Below, one piece after another: positions 46,638 through 57,658 of a stretch of DNA of 64,000 nt (positions within the stretch are counted from its first letter, which is position 1; every line of letters begins with the position of its first letter). The position numbers and the translations under genes are program-made. The notes below the pieces were generated by a model that was given only the letters and a program-made list of their open reading frames with translations, was not told the origin of the DNA and made no database searches. This DNA is from Candidatus Parcubacteria bacterium (GTDB lineage: Bacteria > Patescibacteriota > Minisyncoccia > Phycocordibacterales > EsbW-18). The stretch is from NCBI GenBank assembly GCA_039798445.1, contig JBDKFZ010000012.1, forward strand, positions 2,407 through 66,406, read 5' to 3'.

Positions 46638-49600
46638 CTAAAGACTATTTACGTATGCCCTCGTTACCGGCCCAAAGAATCCTACAGCAGGAGTGATACC
46701 GACAGGTGCTTGGTATTCAGCCAAAGCTGCTTGTGTAAGAGGTCCAAAGAAGCCTGTGGCTCCGTTTGAGGCGAGCGATTGTGCTGCGGGTCCCTTGTTC
46801 TGTGTCATGAGGAAGAGCTGGAGCTGGAGGACATCGTCCCCTTGTGCACCGAGATCGAGGTCACGGGTGTAGAGGTTGGATGTTGTCGTTGGAGTGCCGA
46901 GGAATGCGAGCATTGCTGGTGACGGGGTGCCGCCTTGTGCGATGAATTGGGTAATGAGGGTGCGGAGAAGGGTGAGAAGGTCGGAGCTTCCGCCTGTTGT
47001 TCCTGAACCACCGCCGCGACGATGAGATGAGCTTCCTCCCCCGTCTTCTTCCTCTTCATCATCGGCTGGCGGGGTTTCTTCTTCAACAACCTCTTCCCAA
47101 ACGAAGACGTCCGTCGAACTATTTGTATCACCCGTAACAAGGTTTGTTGCGTCAGAAACAAAACCTATGATTAAACCGTCATTTGAAATTGCTGGGCTGT
47201 CTGAATATCCACTCCCATCAGAGTTCGACGAGCCCTCAGTTATGTACAGCAATGTGTCTGTTGTACGGTCATATCGATAGACACCCGCATAGTCCCCCTC
47301 TCCATCATCCGTAGTTTGACCGAACGCAACATAGCGACCATCGGCAGAAATGACAGGTGCGTAAGAGGAGTCAGCGTCATCATTTGTAATACGTTCCATC
47401 ACTCCTGTCTCCCTATCAAGCACGAATACATCTTGAACGCCCTCTGTATCATCAGAAACTAGATTGTCTGCGTTGGATGAAAACGCAACATAGCGACCAT
47501 CGGCAGAAATTGCCACACCTCCTCCCGCGATATCACTATTTCCCTCCTCGTCCAAGTCATTTTTATCAACCATCTCCACAGTATCCGCATCTCTGTCATA
47601 CACATACAGGTGGTTATATCCTTCAATGGCTTCCGGCACAAGCAGACCACTCGTACTAAAGGTCACAAAGTTCCCGTTGCCTGATATTCGGACGGCACCT
47701 TGAACGTTTTCTGTGTTTTCTCCTCCTTCATCATCAAGACTCACCCGTTCAATAGTATCGGTGTCACGATCGTAGACAAAAGCATCACTTCTGCTATTTG
47801 TATCATCCGTAACAAGGTTTGTCGCATCGGAGTAAAAAGCGACATAACGACCATCGTTAGAAAGAATAGGATCATATGAAGCCCCATCCCCTTCCTGACC
47901 AAGGTCATTGAGACTTACGCGCTCAACCGTATCAGTGTCACGATCGTACACAAAAACATCGAAGGTATCATTGGTGTCATCGGGGATAAGGTTCGTCGTA
48001 GCTGAACGAAAAGCTACATACCTACCGTCAGATGAGATGCTCGGGGTCTGTGAATTACTGTCTCCTTCCTCACCAAGGTCGCTCACACTTACCCGTTCAA
48101 TGGTGTCTAAATCACGATCGTAGACAAAGACATCGTCCCATCCGTTTGTGTCATCCGAAACAAGATTGGTTGCTCCTGAACTAAAGACGACATACCTGCC
48201 ATCTGTCGAAAGGGAAACATTGAATCCTGTGGAATCGCCCTCTTCACCTTCGTTGTTTACGTTCACACGTTCAAAATCAAGTGCGGGTGGTGCTGGAACA
48301 TCTTGTACCGTAAAGTTCCATGTTGTTTCGTCCGCAATTCCAACATACGAGTTACCAGTACCATCCACAAAAGCTCCCTCGTCAATTAGCAGGTAATACG
48401 CCGTGGCATATTCAAGATCGACGTCTTGATATATGTAGACGTTTTCATCCTCGGCCTCAAGAGCATCGGCATCCGTCACGTCAAAAGTGGCGACAGTGCT
48501 GTCATCAGAAACTTTTTTAAGGGTTATGTTTCCTGTTCCAACAACGACATCTTGATCAAAAACAATCGTTGGGGTACCTCCCGAAAAAACAGTTATCGAA
48601 ACGTCTTCAGCATCATCTGCGGGTGAAAACGTTTCGACCACAGGAGGTGCATCTGTCGTAAAACTCCACTGTGTTTCATCCGAAATCCCAACAAACGGAG
48701 CGCCCCCATCATCTTCGATTGCTCCTGTATCAATGAGCACGTAATATTCTGTTGCCTCTTCGAGATCCGCATCTAAATCAATCTCCAACGTTGTAGTATC
48801 GGAGAGCGTAGCTTTTGGACCGGCAACATCTACTGTTTCGACCAGACTATCGTCGCTTGCTTTGTGAATTGTTATATTTCCCGTTGTTGTCGCAATGTCT
48901 TTATTAAAAACAAGAGTGAGGTTTGTGCCTACAACAACCTCTCTGGCGTTGTCTGAAGGTGTAAAACTGTCTAATACAATTGGCTCTGGTGTTACATACA
49001 ACCCACCCTCGACAGTAGCAACAATAAGATTCGAGCCGTCGGCGTCTGAAGCAACAGCCTGCCAAGCATAGCTATTGACACCTCCCGGCTGTTCTTCAAA
49101 CCACGTATCTCCACCGTCGTCAGAAGAATGTAGACTTCCTCCATTTACCCCCGCAAGCAAATTTGTACCAGTATCATCGGAAGCAACTGACCCCCAACCT
49201 TCAGTCGGAAAACCTGTGGGTTGACGCTCCATCCAGTTTGCACCACCATCACTTGATGTATATACAAGAGTGTTTCCTCCGGCAACGATGAGATTCGAAC
49301 CATCGGCGTCGGAGGCAACCTTGTCCCAGTTTTTTTCGGTGTCACCGGCAGGTCGACGCTCTACCCATGTATCTCCTCCATCGTCGGAGACATAAATAAA
49401 CCCATTAAACGTACCGATAATGAGCACAGAACCATCCGCATCTGAATCAACAGATATGATATTTATCTGTGTCGAAGTTGCAGTATGTTCTTCCCATGTA
49501 TCTCCGCCGTCGAAAGACGTATAGATAGTACTAGTTGCGCTTGTAACAGCGGCGAGATTCGAGCCATCGGCGTCTGAAGCAATACCCGTCCAATATTCAA

Positions 49601-49970
49601 CTGCACCACTGCTTGGATCAAGTGCGCTCCACGTCTCTCCACTATCCTCTGATCTATAGAGAAGGCCTGAGGCCCCGCCCCCTACAAGTAAGTTGGTTCC
49701 AGTAGAGTCTGATTTGACACTACGTGCTCCGTTCCCTGATGGACCCACAAGGTGTTCGGCCCATATTCCCCCAAAGTCGTGTGAAATGAAAATACTATTT
49801 GTTGAATTTCCTGCAATAAGATTTGAACCGTCGGCGTCTGAGGCAACAGCTCTCCATGCAGTTGAGGCATCTGTAGTAAACCATTCGTGAGATGCAGCAA
49901 ACACCGGCGTCACTTGGAGGAGAAGTGCGACGGTTGCGAGAGTTGCAGCGAATTTGCGGAGTAGTTTCAT
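46638..49970 (-). CDS. Secreted modular protein: BNR propeller, 2 Big_5-like domains, TolB/PD40 propeller, PG-binding-like domain
   Basis: Same modules as 8193-11267 plus the PG-binding tail. Start set at MKLLRK. Confidence 0.85.
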   Translation of the reverse strand: MKLLRKFAATLATVALLLQVTPVFAASHEWFTTDASTAWRAVASDADGSNLIAGNSTNSIFISHDFGGIWAEHLVGPSGNGARSVKSDSTGTNLLVGGGASGLLYRSEDSGETWSALDPSSGAVEYWTGIASDADGSNLAAVTSATSTIYTSFDGGDTWEEHTATSTQINIISVDSDADGSVLIIGTFNGFIYVSDDGGDTWVERRPAGDTEKNWDKVASDADGSNLIVAGGNTLVYTSSDGGANWMERQPTGFPTEGWGSVASDDTGTNLLAGVNGGSLHSSDDGGDTWFEEQPGGVNSYAWQAVASDADGSNLIVATVEGGLYVTPEPIVLDSFTPSDNAREVVVGTNLTLVFNKDIATTTGNITIHKASDDSLVETVDVAGPKATLSDTTTLEIDLDADLEEATEYYVLIDTGAIEDDGGAPFVGISDETQWSFTTDAPPVVETFSPADDAEDVSITVFSGGTPTIVFDQDVVVGTGNITLKKVSDDSTVATFDVTDADALEAEDENVYIYQDVDLEYATAYYLLIDEGAFVDGTGNSYVGIADETTWNFTVQDVPAPPALDFERVNVNNEGEEGDSTGFNVSLSTDGRYVVFSSGATNLVSDDTNGWDDVFVYDRDLDTIERVSVSDLGEEGDSNSQTPSISSDGRYVAFRSATTNLIPDDTNDTFDVFVYDRDTDTVERVSLNDLGQEGDGASYDPILSNDGRYVAFYSDATNLVTDDTNSRSDAFVYDRDTDTIERVSLDDEGGENTENVQGAVRISGNGNFVTFSTSGLLVPEAIEGYNHLYVYDRDADTVEMVDKNDLDEEGNSDIAGGGVAISADGRYVAFSSNADNLVSDDTEGVQDVFVLDRETGVMERITNDDADSSYAPVISADGRYVAFGQTTDDGEGDYAGVYRYDRTTDTLLYITEGSSNSDGSGYSDSPAISNDGLIIGFVSDATNLVTGDTNSSTDVFVWEEVVEEETPPADDEEEEDGGGSSSHRRGGGSGTTGGSSDLLTLLRTLITQFIAQGGTPSPAMLAFLGTPTTTSNLYTRDLDLGAQGDDVLQLQLFLMTQNKGPAAQSLASNGATGFFGPLTQAALAEYQAPVGITPAVGFFGPVTRAYVNSL

Positions 49971-50043
49971 GTAATGGGAGCTAAAAACAATATCAAAAGT
50001 ATACCAAAAACCCCTCAACTCTTTGGTTTTTGGGGATTACTCT

Positions 50044-53000
50044 CTAGAGTCCATTAATATGCGCCCTCGTCACTGGTCCAAAGTACCCTGCTGCTGGGGT
50101 GATGCCGACAGATAGCTGGTATTCAGCAAGAGCCGCTTGGGTGAGAGGTCCAAAAAGGCCTGTGGCTCCAACGACTGCAAGTGCTTGAGCCTGTGGTCCT
50201 TTGTTTTGAGCGATGAGGAAGAGTTGGAGTGCTGTTACGTCAGAGCCTTCGCTGTTGATGTCGAGATCGCGGGTGTATGTGCCTCCTGTAGTTGCTGGAG
50301 CACCAAGGAATGCGAGCATCGCTGGTGATGGGGTGCCACCTTGTGCGATGAATTGGGTGATGAGGGAGCGGAGGAGAGCAAGAAGATCTTGTGATGTGCC
50401 GCCTGAAGCAGGAGCAACTCCACGTCCTCGGTGAGAAGAGCTGCTGCCTCCCCCACTGTCGCCGTTGTCGTCATCATCGTCATCGTCACCAGAAGGAATC
50501 TCGTCTTCAATCAGTGTGTAGATAGCCAGTCCACCCGTGAAGGCTCCGCCGGCATAGAGTTCAGACTGGTCTGGCGAAAGAATGAGAGTGTTAACAGAAC
50601 TATCGATATCATCCACAGAAGGGCTGAAATCGCTTACCTCACCCGTCGCACTATTTACACTAGCGATTCTGAGTCGATCCAAACCATCGATTTGAGTGAA
50701 GTCACCACCAACGTAAAGAGTTGATCCATCGGAACTCAAATCGAGCCCTCGCACAGTGCTGTCGGGGTTAGGAGCAAAAGCGGTGGCAATACTATCGGCA
50801 ATGGTAAACTCTGCGAGATAATTACGTGTGGCATCTCCCCCGTTTACATCTCCAAAGTCTCCACCGGCAAAAACGGTTGATTCATCAAGAGAGAGCTTGA
50901 GAGCCCTCACTGTGCCATCAACATCCGGATTGAATGCTGTTACTGCACCATCTGCAGTTGTAAATGATGCAAGACGGCTGCGAGAGGCGGCACCGTTGTT
51001 GACTGTCGTGAACGCTCCTCCGGCATAGAGAACTGATTCGTCTGCAGAAAGCTCGAGAGAATTCACTGTCGAGCTCATATTCGGGTTGAATGCCGTCACA
51101 ACACCGTCCACCGTTGTGAATGCAGCGATACGCCTGCGCGATGTGCCTCCATTCACCGTCTGGAAGCTTCCTCCTGCATAGAGGATGCTGTCATCAGAAG
51201 AGAGCTTGAGGGCGTTCACCGTGCTGGCCATATTCGGATTAAACGCTGTTACAACTCCGTCCACGGTCGTAAACGCAGCAAGACGGTTTCGAGTTGTTCC
51301 AAGACACCCCCCTTCACCATCAAATATCCCATTTACACAGATAAACGTCCCGCCAACATAGAGCGTTAGTCCATCAGAAGAGAGTGCCAGCGCATTAACG
51401 GTATTGTTTATATCTGGATCAAAAGGCAAAAGAGTGTACGACGAGAGATCAATTGCGGCTACGTTATGACGAGTAGAAGCACCCGCCGCGGTGAAACTAC
51501 CACCGATATAAACGACACCATCCGCGACATCCGCCGCAGCCACACCTCCGTTCAGAGCAGGATCAAAATCTGTAACATTACTTGTAGCTAAATCAAACTC
51601 AGCAAATCCAGCTCGAGGTATATCACCATTCACCGTAGTCAGCTCTCCTACCGCATACAGCGTCAAACCATCCGAAGAAAAATCCATTCCACTTACTCTC
51701 CCTCCAGTAATATCAGGATCGAAATCAGTAGCGATACTAGTTGTTACATCAACAGCCGCAACTCCATTTCGGATTGTCCCCCCATTCACATCTCCAAACG
51801 TACCTCCAACATAAAGCGTCTCTCCATCAGGAGAAAGGAGAAGAGAGTACACACTGCCGTTAACGTTGGGGTCAAAATCAGTAGCGATACCCGTTGTAGC
51901 ATCAACAGCTGCGACACCGTTCCGCTCGACATATTCTGAAAGACTAAATGATCCACCGATATACAGTGCTGTACCATCTACGGCAATCTCAGAAATTCCT
52001 GAGTTTGAACCTGTAAAACCCGGGTCAAAATCAGTGACTAACGATGTTGTCGTATCAAACGCCGCGATACCAAGTCGCTCAACGTCATCATTTACCATGC
52101 TTATATTTCCTCCGACATACACCAGAGAACCGTCTTCCGAAAGGGCAATACTTGTTACAGAGTCGAACTCACTAATACCGGCGTCAAAACTCGTTACCGT
52201 TCCTGTCGTTGCATCGAATGCAGCAAGACGATTGCGTGTAGTTCCGCCATTCACTGTACTGAAATACCCTCCCGCATACACCACCGATCCATCTACGGCT
52301 ATTTCGTTAATCGTATCATTAACATTGGGGTTGAAAGCAGTTACCTCTCCTGTCGTTGCATCAAACGATGCAAATCTGTTGCGTGTTGTGTCTCCATTCA
52401 CTTCAGTAAAATCTCCGCTGATGTATACGACTGAACCTGCGAGCACCATACTACTACCAGCTTGGAATGAGTCTCCAAGATCTGGATCAAAAGAAGTCGC
52501 AACGCTGGTATCTGTGTCAAAAGCCGCTGCTCCATGTCGAGTCGTTGCTCCGTTTACCGTCTGGAAGTTTCCTGTCACGTACAAAGTTCCATCATCGGGA
52601 GAAAGTGCAATAGCATTAGCGCCCCCTTCTATGTTTGGATCAAAGTCTGTAGCAACACCTGTTTCTGTGTAGAAAGCGGCAACTTTATTTCGAGTGGTTG
52701 CGCCCCCGTTAACCGTAGAGAAGTATCCTCCCGCGTACAAAATCTCTCCATCCGAAGAAAGCGCCAATGAAATCACTGAGCTATCCAAATCTGGATCAAA
52801 GTTGGGGTCGACAGTGCCATCTGCGAGTATGTGGGCTAGACGATTACGCGCGGTGTTTTGAGCGGTCAAATTTGTAAAGTTTCCTCCGACATACCAACCG
52901 CCGTCTCCATCAGAAACAGCGACCGCCGGGTTGCCCCCATTGACTGTCGGCAACAAACTTTTTTGTTCGGCAGTCGTATCAAAAATGAATTCTTGAGCAT

Positions 53001-55470
53001 ACGTATAATTGTTTACTGAGGTCATGTTTGGTCCTCCCATGTACACCACACCATCGTCATACGCCAATGCCACACCGGCACTTGAATTAGGTGCTGGGTC
53101 AAAATCCAAGACCTCCGAGGTATCAGTATCAAATGCGGCAACGCGTCTACGTGGATACGCCCCGACATTACTGATGGAGCCAGAGATAAAGAGGATTGTA
53201 TCGTCTGGTGACAATACTAAGGCACGCACGGCACCGTCTGGGTCAGGTATGTCAAAATCTGTTGCCACGCCCGTCTCTGTGTCAAACGCGGCGACACCGC
53301 CACGCGAGACTTCTTCATTGTTTACATAACTAAAACCTCCACCTGCATAGAGAATAGAACCATCAGAAGAAAGAACGAGAGATTCAACGGTGGCATTTAC
53401 ATTCGGGTCAAAACCTTCATCAACAGTTCCCAGGCTCGTGATATGCGCAATATTATTGCGATCTGTTCCTCCAACAGATGTAAACGTTCCTCCGATATAC
53501 CAACCACCATCTCCATCAGAAACAACTACTGAAACTTGTCCTTCTACTTCGGGAAAAGTACTAACCGCTGCCTGTGTTGTTTCGTCAAATGGTATACCAC
53601 CACCCGTTGTGCCTCCACCCACAGCAAAGTCAAAGTTTCCACCAACGTAGAGTGTTGTGCCGTCAGTAACAACGGCGTTTATTGGTCCGTCAAATGAAAC
53701 TCGATTCTTAAGTTCATCAAGAACAGCATCTGGTGGTGGTGCAGCTTGGGTCGTAAAATTCCACGTTGTTTCATCTGCAATTCCTCCATACGCGTTTCCG
53801 TTTTCATCTTCGAGCGCTCCCGCATCGATGGTGAAGTAATACTCCGTTCCATATTCAAGGGCTCCCGTTTCCGGATATAGGTAGACAGTACTACCCCCAG
53901 CCTCTACAGCATCTCCGTCCGTAACATCAAAGGTTTCAACCGTACTATCATCAGAAACCTTTTTAAGAGTTATGTTTCCACTTCCTACAACCATGCTCTG
54001 ATTAAACTCGATAGTAACGTTCTCCTCTGCAAGAAATTCTATTGCAATATTTTCTGCATCATTTGCAGGTGAAAAACTGACAACAACAGGGGCTGTGTCG
54101 GTCGTAAAACTCCATGCCGTTGGATCAGAAATACCTGCAAATGCGTTACCGACAAGGTCTTCAATCGCACCTGCATCTATAAGAACGTAATACCCAGTCG
54201 CTACGTCTAATATCGTAGTGGGATCAATCGTGAGATCTGTACCAGAAACCGTTACCTTGGGACCAGCTACATCTATTGTTTCAATAAGCGAATCATCGCT
54301 TGTTTTATATAGCTCAATAGAACCCGTTGAAGTGGCAATGTCTTCGTTAAAAGTAATCGAGAAGGTTCCATCAACGGCAACTTCTGTTGCTTCGTCTGTG
54401 GGGTCAAACGATAGAACAAAAGGGCCCGTGTTGTCAGGAGCTAAAAAGAAAGCACCGTAACTAGCAAAAGCGATATGGGTTCCATCGGCGTCGGAAGCAG
54501 CGAAGCTTGCTGAGACTTGTCTGTTTCCTCCAGGATTCTCTTCTAACCACGTTTCACCGCTATCCTCGGAAGAAAAAAATCTTGGGGAACCACCATCGTT
54601 GCCGTATACAAACAAATTTGATCCACTTGCATCTGATGTGCCCGCTCCCCAATATACGCCAACATCCCCTGCTGGCTGACGTTCTGTCCAATCCACCCCT
54701 CCGTTTGAAGATGTATAAATACGTCCACTACCACCTGCACCCACAATAAGATTAGATCCATCGGCGTCTGAGGCAGCTATGTTCCATGCTTTACCAACAT
54801 CTCCCGCCGGCTGACGTTCTGTCCAATTGGCACCGCTGTCGCTTGATGTATATACACGACCAGAACCAATATAAGCATCAGCAAAAGTATCAACAACAAG
54901 AAGATTTGAACCATCTGCGTCCGAGGCAACAACATTCCAATCCCTATCAACATCCCCTGCTGGCTGACGTTCTGTCCAATCAACTCCTCCGTTTGAAGAT
55001 GTATAAAGACGTCTACCGCCCGCAGCTACAATAAGATTAGAGCCATCCGCATCTGAGGCAGCAGCGCGCCAGTAGTTGTCAATATCACCCGCTGGCTGAC
55101 GTTCTGTCCAATCAACTCCTCCGTTTGAAGATGTATAAAGACGACCAGAGTACACGCCCGCAACTAAATTGGAACCGTCGGCATCTGATGCTACCGGCCT
55201 CCATTGCTGGTCCTGAGCCCCACCCGGCTGACGTGCTGTCCAATTGGCACCGCTGTCGTCTGATACGTAGATATATCCCGAGCCATCAGCAAGAATGAGA
55301 TTCGATCCGTCGGCGTCTAATGCAACACCGTTAAAAGCGATCTGGTCGTTAGTAGCCGCGCCTGTCGGTCGAGGCTCACCCCACGTGTGTTCTGCAGCAA
55401 ACACTGGCGTCACCTGAAAGACCAGGCTGAGAATTGCGAAGGCGGCGACGCATTTGCGTAGGAGTTTCAT
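50044..55470 (-). CDS. Secreted modular protein (1808 aa): BNR propeller, 2 Big_5-like domains, multiple LYxGGxF propellers, PG-binding-like domain
   Basis: N-third resembles 8193/46638; the rest resembles 11373/14185. Confidence 0.85.
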   Translation of the reverse strand: MKLLRKCVAAFAILSLVFQVTPVFAAEHTWGEPRPTGAATNDQIAFNGVALDADGSNLILADGSGYIYVSDDSGANWTARQPGGAQDQQWRPVASDADGSNLVAGVYSGRLYTSSNGGVDWTERQPAGDIDNYWRAAASDADGSNLIVAAGGRRLYTSSNGGVDWTERQPAGDVDRDWNVVASDADGSNLLVVDTFADAYIGSGRVYTSSDSGANWTERQPAGDVGKAWNIAASDADGSNLIVGAGGSGRIYTSSNGGVDWTERQPAGDVGVYWGAGTSDASGSNLFVYGNDGGSPRFFSSEDSGETWLEENPGGNRQVSASFAASDADGTHIAFASYGAFFLAPDNTGPFVLSFDPTDEATEVAVDGTFSITFNEDIATSTGSIELYKTSDDSLIETIDVAGPKVTVSGTDLTIDPTTILDVATGYYVLIDAGAIEDLVGNAFAGISDPTAWSFTTDTAPVVVSFSPANDAENIAIEFLAEENVTIEFNQSMVVGSGNITLKKVSDDSTVETFDVTDGDAVEAGGSTVYLYPETGALEYGTEYYFTIDAGALEDENGNAYGGIADETTWNFTTQAAPPPDAVLDELKNRVSFDGPINAVVTDGTTLYVGGNFDFAVGGGTTGGGIPFDETTQAAVSTFPEVEGQVSVVVSDGDGGWYIGGTFTSVGGTDRNNIAHITSLGTVDEGFDPNVNATVESLVLSSDGSILYAGGGFSYVNNEEVSRGGVAAFDTETGVATDFDIPDPDGAVRALVLSPDDTILFISGSISNVGAYPRRRVAAFDTDTSEVLDFDPAPNSSAGVALAYDDGVVYMGGPNMTSVNNYTYAQEFIFDTTAEQKSLLPTVNGGNPAVAVSDGDGGWYVGGNFTNLTAQNTARNRLAHILADGTVDPNFDPDLDSSVISLALSSDGEILYAGGYFSTVNGGATTRNKVAAFYTETGVATDFDPNIEGGANAIALSPDDGTLYVTGNFQTVNGATTRHGAAAFDTDTSVATSFDPDLGDSFQAGSSMVLAGSVVYISGDFTEVNGDTTRNRFASFDATTGEVTAFNPNVNDTINEIAVDGSVVYAGGYFSTVNGGTTRNRLAAFDATTGTVTSFDAGISEFDSVTSIALSEDGSLVYVGGNISMVNDDVERLGIAAFDTTTSLVTDFDPGFTGSNSGISEIAVDGTALYIGGSFSLSEYVERNGVAAVDATTGIATDFDPNVNGSVYSLLLSPDGETLYVGGTFGDVNGGTIRNGVAAVDVTTSIATDFDPDITGGRVSGMDFSSDGLTLYAVGELTTVNGDIPRAGFAEFDLATSNVTDFDPALNGGVAAADVADGVVYIGGSFTAAGASTRHNVAAIDLSSYTLLPFDPDINNTVNALALSSDGLTLYVGGTFICVNGIFDGEGGCLGTTRNRLAAFTTVDGVVTAFNPNMASTVNALKLSSDDSILYAGGSFQTVNGGTSRRRIAAFTTVDGVVTAFNPNMSSTVNSLELSADESVLYAGGAFTTVNNGAASRSRLASFTTADGAVTAFNPDVDGTVRALKLSLDESTVFAGGDFGDVNGGDATRNYLAEFTIADSIATAFAPNPDSTVRGLDLSSDGSTLYVGGDFTQIDGLDRLRIASVNSATGEVSDFSPSVDDIDSSVNTLILSPDQSELYAGGAFTGGLAIYTLIEDEIPSGDDDDDDDNGDSGGGSSSSHRGRGVAPASGGTSQDLLALLRSLITQFIAQGGTPSPAMLAFLGAPATTGGTYTRDLDINSEGSDVTALQLFLIAQNKGPQAQALAVVGATGLFGPLTQAALAEYQLSVGITPAAGYFGPVTRAHINGL

Positions 55471-55547
55471 AAAATAAATGGAGGTTAATTACAATATCAA
55501 AAGTATACCAAAAAACCCTCGACTGTCTGAGTTTTTTGGGGATTCTG

Positions 55548-57587
55548 TTAGAGAGTATTGAAATGCCCTCGTGTTACTGGTCCAAAATAGCCTGTTGCTG
55601 GGAAAATACCCACAGATGCTTGGAATTCAGCAAGAGCTGCTTGTGTAAGAGATCCAAAGAAGCCTGTTGCTCCGTTTGCTGCCAGTGCTTGAGCCTGCGG
55701 GCCCTTCTTTTGCTGTATAAGAGCTGCTTGAAGAGCGGTAACGTCTGAACCTGAAGAACCAATATCAAGATCACGGGTATATGTACCTGTTGTTGGTGTA
55801 GTCGTAGGAAGTGTCGATACATCGAGTGCAAGAACAGTGAGCATACCCTGCGAAGGCACCCCGCCGAGGAGGATGTACTGCGAAATAAGATCTTTGAGCT
55901 TGATGATAATCGTTTGATATGTGCTTCCTCCAATGTGAGGCGGCGCTGTCTGACCGTCTTCAGACGAGGTATCGCTTTTTCTACTGCTACTTCCTCCACC
56001 ACCACCGCCACCTCCCCCACCACTATCTTCTTCCTCTTCTTCCTCACAGGCTGAAGTCGTCACTGTTCGGTGGGAACCATATGAAAGCCCTCCTAGCACA
56101 TTCGATGCCCACGCCTTGAAGTGGTACGTCGTCTCACACTCAAGAGAAGAGAGCGTCGTAGAAAAGGTTCCCGTCGAAAAAGTGCCTTCTTCGGTCGTCG
56201 TCGCCCCATACGAGACCGACAGACCATAGGCAAATCCACGGAGGTTCGGATCTTGGCCACCCGTCGTAGCGATATTGCCGTTGAGCGTCACTTCGGTCTG
56301 TCCGATCCCCGATGCGGGGACCGTTATCACACCGGGAGCATCGGCTTCGGGCACATCTTCGAGTTCGACGGTAATGGTTCCCGTACCCGCAGTAGAAAGC
56401 CACCAATCATCCATCACCTCAATCACAAGCTCGAATGATGGGTTCGTTTCAAAATCGATGGCTTCTTCAGTGTTGACGCTAATGGCCCCCGTGTCCGCAT
56501 CGATTGCGAATGCACTATCTGTGTTACCCGAGAGAATGGAGTACGTTAGGGTGTTCCCGCCCAATGCGTCAGTTGCTGTTGTTGTCCCCACAAATGTTCC
56601 ATTGGCACTGTTCTCCATGAGGGAGAACGTCTCATCGGTAACTTCTGGTGTCTCGTTGAACACATCAAAACAGGAAAGATCATACGTAGACATCTGATAC
56701 CCGCCATCATTACCAAGCGTGGCAATTGAGCTGTTGATCGCATCTATATACGCTCCGTAGAAAGGACCGTAGCCAACTCCTGTTACCGTGAGCGCGAGAA
56801 TCGGCTGATTATTGATGAAGAAAAAACCCGGCTGTCCGGAATCCCCGTTGACTTGCGCTTCATAGAAATCAAAGCGGGTCGACGGTGCGTCGGGAGTAAA
56901 GTGATTAAAGTACACATGCTCATTAGCTAAACCTATTGCATAATTAATTTCCTGAATGCTTGCTTTTGCCTCCTGATCAAACAAGAGGAATGGGAACTGT
57001 GGTTCTGAAAGATAACGATCCAACTCCAATTTCGAAATCGCAGGATAAAAAGCTATCGAAGGTGGGACGTCAGAATCAAGCACACCGAGCTGTACATCTT
57101 CTCCTGCATCGGGCTGAAACACCACTGACATCTGCGCTTGAAGCGTACGCGTTGCAACAGAGTTATCATCCGCAACAAAAACAACGGTTGATCCGTTAGT
57201 TATTGGAAAATGTTTTGCAAAAACAATGTGACGAGGAGAAATAAGAACCCCAGCACGTCTAAAGTCCAAGTTGGAGTTCCATGGAGACGCACCTGACAAA
57301 TCCAGTGGAGCATCTCCCTCCGTTATCCATGCCGTTGAGCTTCGTGTCCACGGGTCTGTCGCATTTCCTCTGGTTGAGAAGATTTTCTTGGTGCTGTCGT
57401 TGGCTGTCAGACCATCAATACGATAATCGACCTCATGGTTCAGTTCTGCGACAAGATCCGTCGAAAAAAGATCTTCACAACTTGAAGGCACAAATACCTC
57501 AGCAAAAATGACATGTGGAACAAGGAAACCACTCAGCGCGATCGTGCCCACAAGGAGTCTTTGTGCCTTTAAAAAGAAGGTGGGCAT
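55548..57587 (-). CDS. Secreted trypsin-like protease domain, cadherin domain, FN3-like domain and PG-binding-like domain
   Basis: GVLISPRHIVFAKH, DVQLG, GDSGQP; ENSANGTFVGT...IDFETNPSF; LSSLECETTYHFKAWASN. Confidence 0.75.
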   Translation of the reverse strand: MPTFFLKAQRLLVGTIALSGFLVPHVIFAEVFVPSSCEDLFSTDLVAELNHEVDYRIDGLTANDSTKKIFSTRGNATDPWTRSSTAWITEGDAPLDLSGASPWNSNLDFRRAGVLISPRHIVFAKHFPITNGSTVVFVADDNSVATRTLQAQMSVVFQPDAGEDVQLGVLDSDVPPSIAFYPAISKLELDRYLSEPQFPFLLFDQEAKASIQEINYAIGLANEHVYFNHFTPDAPSTRFDFYEAQVNGDSGQPGFFFINNQPILALTVTGVGYGPFYGAYIDAINSSIATLGNDGGYQMSTYDLSCFDVFNETPEVTDETFSLMENSANGTFVGTTTATDALGGNTLTYSILSGNTDSAFAIDADTGAISVNTEEAIDFETNPSFELVIEVMDDWWLSTAGTGTITVELEDVPEADAPGVITVPASGIGQTEVTLNGNIATTGGQDPNLRGFAYGLSVSYGATTTEEGTFSTGTFSTTLSSLECETTYHFKAWASNVLGGLSYGSHRTVTTSACEEEEEEDSGGGGGGGGGGSSSRKSDTSSEDGQTAPPHIGGSTYQTIIIKLKDLISQYILLGGVPSQGMLTVLALDVSTLPTTTPTTGTYTRDLDIGSSGSDVTALQAALIQQKKGPQAQALAANGATGFFGSLTQAALAEFQASVGIFPATGYFGPVTRGHFNTL

Positions 57588-57658
57588 GACTTCAGAGCCC
57601 TCAGTATAGCAAAACCACGGATTTCCGTGGTTTTGTGAGGATTGGTCGAAGCCAACGT

